Shown here piece after piece: positions 46,430-49,828 of a stretch of DNA of 49,828 nucleotides. A program made the translations under genes and the position numbers. The notes beneath the pieces are model-generated. The model did no database searches and was not told where the DNA came from. It saw nothing but the letters and a program-made list of their open reading frames with translations. Every line of letters starts with the position of its first letter. The stretch's first letter is position 1. The stretch comes from Mucilaginibacter sp. (GTDB lineage: Bacteria > Bacteroidota > Bacteroidia > Sphingobacteriales > Sphingobacteriaceae), in assembly GCA_025929405.1 (NCBI GenBank), contig JAICMD010000001.1, positions 1 to 49,828 on the forward strand. The letters run 5' to 3'.

Positions 46430-47005
46430 TTACTTAATTTCTTCTTTAATAGAACCGCAGGTTGACATTTTAGTACCCAAATAAGGGTTTTTAATCGCTT
46501 TGGTTTCGCTTAGCCAATTTGCACCTTTGTTGTTATTATACATCGGGCAATGGTCAACGTATAAGGTTTGTCCTGCTCCAAATAATTTGACCAGATCGGC
46601 CATATCCTGGCTCAGCATTTCGAAATGCTCCCGCTGATGAGGCAGCTTACCGGCACTTTCGCCAATGTGCTCTGCCATTTCTTTCGCGTCGCCCGCTATG
46701 TCTTCGAATGATTTTTTTTGTGCCGTAGTCAGTGCTGCTTTATCAAAACCGGTAAAACCAGCAGCGATTGCCTTGCCCGCAACGGCTGCATCGTTGCTGT
46801 TATCCTCTGCAAGCGCGTTCTTTAATTGCAGGTAGCTTCCTAAAAGGCTTTTAACCGCTTCCTGTGGCCCTGATTTTTCAGCTGACTGAGCTGCGCCGCT
46901 GCTATCTTTCGCAGAATGAGCGGCAGAAGAACTGCCGGCATTATTACAGGCAGCTATTGTGAAAGCAGTTACCGCCAATGCGGTTATAACGATGAAATTT
47001 TTCAT
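46430..47005 (-). CDS. DUF3347 domain lipoprotein
   Basis: Lipobox IAAC from ATG 47005; YLQLKNAL, HQREHF, HCPMYNNNKGANWLS..IKNPYLG.KMSTCG. Confidence 0.87.
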   Translation of the reverse strand: MKNFIVITALAVTAFTIAACNNAGSSSAAHSAKDSSGAAQSAEKSGPQEAVKSLLGSYLQLKNALAEDNSNDAAVAGKAIAAGFTGFDKAALTTAQKKSFEDIAGDAKEMAEHIGESAGKLPHQREHFEMLSQDMADLVKLFGAGQTLYVDHCPMYNNNKGANWLSETKAIKNPYLGTKMSTCGSIKEEIK

Positions 47006-47085
47006 GACAATTTTTTTTAAATGATAAGTAACAACCATGCCGGATCGAAAGACTCGATCAGCACGGTTGTTATTTGAATGAATGA

Positions 47086-47586
47086 TTATTTATTCAGGGT
47101 TTCACTTACTTTACCGCAGGTCAGCATCTGGCTGCCGTAATAAGGGTTTTTGATCGCAGCATCAGCGGATAACCAATAGCTCTTTTTCATAGGGCAGTAG
47201 TCATAATAAACAGTTTCATCTGTTAGTTTAACTGCTTTGGCCAGCTTGAAGAAATTGGCCGATAAATTGGCGAAATGTTCCCGCTGGTGAGCAATATCCT
47301 TACTTTCTGAAATGTGCCTGGCATCGAATGCCAGCTTTTCCTGCAAAAACATGAACGTTTCCATATCAGGAGCCGCTAATGTTTTCATATCGACGGATGC
47401 AATGGCTTTGGCAAACTCCGCTGAGCCGGTAGCTGCATCTGCGCTGTTTGATGCAACGAGGGCGTTCTTTACGCCATAATAAGATTTCAATAAGGGACTA
47501 ACCGCAGCTGATTTGGTCGCTTGCGCGAAAAGTAGTTGAGTAACAGTAGTTGCGATAAGCGCAACCATCAAAAATATTTTTTTCAT
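47086..47586 (-). CDS. DUF3347 domain secreted protein
   Basis: YYGVKNALV, HQREHFANLS, YCPMKKSYWLS..IKNPYYGSQMLTCG. Confidence 0.87.
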   Translation of the reverse strand: MKKIFLMVALIATTVTQLLFAQATKSAAVSPLLKSYYGVKNALVASNSADAATGSAEFAKAIASVDMKTLAAPDMETFMFLQEKLAFDARHISESKDIAHQREHFANLSANFFKLAKAVKLTDETVYYDYCPMKKSYWLSADAAIKNPYYGSQMLTCGKVSETLNK

Positions 47587-47663
47587 GATCTTTAAAAATT
47601 AAATTACTTAGCAGCATTATATAAATAGCATGGCAAAGCCATGTAAAGTTTAGCTTACGGTAA

Positions 47664-48074
47664 TCAGATCAGGAAACTTTGTATTGCAGTGCGTATATCT
47701 CTTGGCGGCGGCCATCGTCGCCCTGTTTTAATTGTCAGTTTCGATAAGCCTAGGTCAGTTACCGGGATCAGGAAAACATCGATCGGCTTACTGATATAAA
47801 TGAAAGGCGCCAGAACCAGCAAGAGATTGGTTGCAGGAACCTGCTTTGCCTGGGAAATAAAATTATTCACAGCCCCCTGGCAGCAAAAATCTTTCGCAAG
47901 GAAAACAGGGTCGCTCGTATTTTTTTCATGGGCAACCATTGAGAAATGTTCATGATGCTCCGAATGAGCGGCAGTTTCAGTATGCTGCCGATGTGACATA
48001 TGTAATGCACAACTAAAACCGGCAAGGGTGTTCAGCAGGAATACGGTCAACAATATCAGGGCTTTAGCTCTCAT
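47664..48074 (-). CDS. His/Cys-rich exported leader-like protein
   Basis: VFLLNTLAGFSCALH, His-rich tract, DFCCQG, RRWPPPRDIRTAIQSFLI. Confidence 0.75.
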   Translation of the reverse strand: MRAKALILLTVFLLNTLAGFSCALHMSHRQHTETAAHSEHHEHFSMVAHEKNTSDPVFLAKDFCCQGAVNNFISQAKQVPATNLLLVLAPFIYISKPIDVFLIPVTDLGLSKLTIKTGRRWPPPRDIRTAIQSFLI

Positions 48075-48081
48075 TCAGGTA

Positions 48082-48140
48082 CAAACTTAAACATAAACCT
48101 GGCGGAAGATTTATATAATTCCGTCAAATAATTATATTTT
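48082..48140 (-). promoter_or_regulatory. Promoter (TAAGTTTG -7 box) with 21-bp-spaced direct repeat operator
   Basis: caaactta at 48082-48089 = TAnnTTTG on the minus strand; ttatataat (48111) / ttatat (48132). Confidence 0.6.
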
Positions 48141-48149
48141 GCGGTGATT

Positions 48150-49400
48150 TTAAACGGCAACCCGCGCTATCTTCTGCATGATAGAATGATCGTCGCCAAA
48201 TTTGCATAGTGCGTCACAATGTTGCCTGAGGTCAGAAAAACAGATATATTTCATTTCCATGTCGCCTTTACGGATCGACGGTCTCGACAGCTGCATAATA
48301 ACATCTTTTTCGCGCGCATCCGGTACTACCAGGTAAAGAACTTCCTCTTTGTTGTTCAGGCTGCAGCTTAAATCGGTCAGTCGAAGGATACCGGAATAAA
48401 TACTGGTGCTTTTTTCCACTTCGAAGGCAGCTATGACCTTTGGCGTGCCTTTTTGAAACCAGAGGACATCGATCAGCTTGACTGTATTCAGAACTTCCCG
48501 TTCCAGCTTGATCATTGGAAATTCAGGCAGCGATATAAAGCTAAATTTATTCCCGCCCCAATCCTTAGACCGGTCGTTGGAGGCAGCGATCACATCATAG
48601 CCAAGCGCATTTCCTATCTTTAACAGGTGATACTGCATTTCGTTATGAAGGTTTTCGTCAGCGGTTTCTTCCCGTTTTTCCTTATGGCGTTTTTCAATCA
48701 GTTTTTCCAGGCGGTTCCGTTCTGTTTCAGAAAGGTATTCGTCTTTACCAAGCAGCAGCTTTTGTGTCCCGATCTCAAAAAGCAATCCGGCGAAAGCGCC
48801 GGTATCTGATGACAGTGCATTGCAGTGCTTACGGTTCATGTCCATGATCACTTCCCTTATCTTCAGGTATTCGCTCCAACTACCTAATTTCTTTTTATCC
48901 TTAAACAGATAATTAAAGCCATTAATGATGGCTGTATTGAAAGGAGGTATCCAAGTGGGATGAAGGAAATATAAGATACTTGCGACCGCGGGGCCGAGGC
49001 CTTTGATCTTCAATGCGTCCAGTTTTTCGATTTCTTTGACCACCTGTTCCTCGTTCTTGGCATGCAGACAGTTCTCTAAAAATTGCCCGAAGGCAACCTT
49101 GTTAACCTGGTTCTCATAGATATCGGGTATCCGTAATTTTGGCTTCCAGTAAAAAGGGTGGGAGGCTCCTTCGAAAACTTGTTTTTGTTCCGTGATACAG
49201 GAGAGGACGAACTCAAGCGAAGATCCTTTAAAATCGTTACCGAAACGTTTATGTTTAATATCGTCTACTACCTGTAAGACGCCGCGGCGTATGGAACGAA
49301 ATGCTTTCAGACGTTCTTCATTATTAATAAACCAGGTATTGTAAACCGACTCCTGATCGTCCTTATACTGGGTAATAATAGCTTGTAAGTGTTCACTCAT
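48150..49400 (-). CDS. Conserved hypothetical protein with C-terminal PD-(D/E)XK-like nuclease domain
   Basis: IDVLWF...AFEVEKSTSIYSGILRLTDL; central KIKGLGPAVASILYFLHP HhH-like motif; start ATG 49400. Confidence 0.7.
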   Translation of the reverse strand: MSEHLQAIITQYKDDQESVYNTWFINNEERLKAFRSIRRGVLQVVDDIKHKRFGNDFKGSSLEFVLSCITEQKQVFEGASHPFYWKPKLRIPDIYENQVNKVAFGQFLENCLHAKNEEQVVKEIEKLDALKIKGLGPAVASILYFLHPTWIPPFNTAIINGFNYLFKDKKKLGSWSEYLKIREVIMDMNRKHCNALSSDTGAFAGLLFEIGTQKLLLGKDEYLSETERNRLEKLIEKRHKEKREETADENLHNEMQYHLLKIGNALGYDVIAASNDRSKDWGGNKFSFISLPEFPMIKLEREVLNTVKLIDVLWFQKGTPKVIAAFEVEKSTSIYSGILRLTDLSCSLNNKEEVLYLVVPDAREKDVIMQLSRPSIRKGDMEMKYICFSDLRQHCDALCKFGDDHSIMQKIARVAV

Positions 49401-49495
49401 AAGAAGGATAAAATATAGGTATCCGCACAAATATGGATACCCTAAAAGTATATAAGTTTATACAAATTATAACAATATGAACTAAATAACAGGCT

Positions 49496-49828
49496 TTATA
49501 ACTCCCGTATCGCCCGTATCCGCCGTACAATTTCTGCGACCAATGCCGCATCGCTAATGGTTCCACTTACGATTTGATGGTTTTCAAAATCCGGAACTTC
49601 CATAAAGGCGGCTATCTTTCCGTTAATATGGATGTCAAAGCCTGCGCCGTTTTGTACGATCCCGATAAAGTCATCATCGGGACCAAAGAGAAAATAAGGT
49701 GCAATGTGATATAGTGGATGTTCCATGATGGCGACCAGTTGTTCATCGCTCATATATAATCTGCTTTCGGGATCATTAAGATCCTCCTCCCGCAGTTGAG
49801 GCTGACTATCCGTTTCATCGAACCATTC
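49496..49828 (-). CDS. Partial hypothetical protein (5' end beyond window)
   Basis: Frame stays open to the window edge (EWFDETDSQPQLREEDLNDPESRLYMSDEQLV...). Confidence 0.6.
   Translation of the reverse strand, partial: EWFDETDSQPQLREEDLNDPESRLYMSDEQLVAIMEHPLYHIAPYFLFGPDDDFIGIVQNGAGFDIHINGKIAAFMEVPDFENHQIVSGTISDAALVAEIVRRIRAIREL

Larger units (their letters stand above)
17680..49828. mobile_element. Integrative mobilisable/conjugative element (partial; extends beyond window)
   Basis: tRNA-remnant boundary, par genes, oriT, relaxase, coupling protein, defence and metal-resistance cargo; no return to housekeeping genes before the window end. Confidence 0.8.

Overview
Bacteroidota DNA, most consistent with a Sphingobacteriaceae (Mucilaginibacter-like) genome; this is inferred from gene content, TAnnTTTG promoters and intergenic repeats. 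About 1-17.68 kb is chromosomal backbone: two NUDIX genes, a LemA/TPM operon, an SDR, an isolated nuoA, an exbB-exbD-exbD-tonB-PstS-like-TPR cluster, SUI1, a lipid kinase, a SAM-II-type riboswitch with metK, DUF3347 and an acyltransferase. The backbone also carries an AT-rich two-gene unit: a C39-like/VKOR/thioredoxin fusion plus a double-glycine-leader peptide with six Cys. At 17680 a tRNA 3'-end remnant (probably tRNA-Asp) marks the att end of an integrative mobilisable/conjugative element that runs past the window end. The element carries (i) a PLD-nuclease candidate defence gene, parA plus a small partner with 8-bp repeat arrays, oriT and mobA/mobB/mobC; (ii) an uncharacterised module of a MauE/DoxX protein, two tandem secreted 2-Cys paralogues, TlpA, SusD, SusC(STN) and FecR, my best candidate for an undescribed peptide/redox signalling system; (iii) a copper/silver island with split CusA, two CusB, TolC, a CPH-type P1B ATPase, a multicopper oxidase-barrel fusion, a c-type haem protein, two DUF3347 and a secreted metallothionein-like protein, where three transcription units each start with a Cys/His-rich, Pro-Pro-containing leader-like ORF; and (iv) an orphan PD-(D/E)XK nuclease. 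No integrase, tra genes, CRISPR array, rRNA or intact tRNA is visible. All family calls are by eye from motifs, with no database search.
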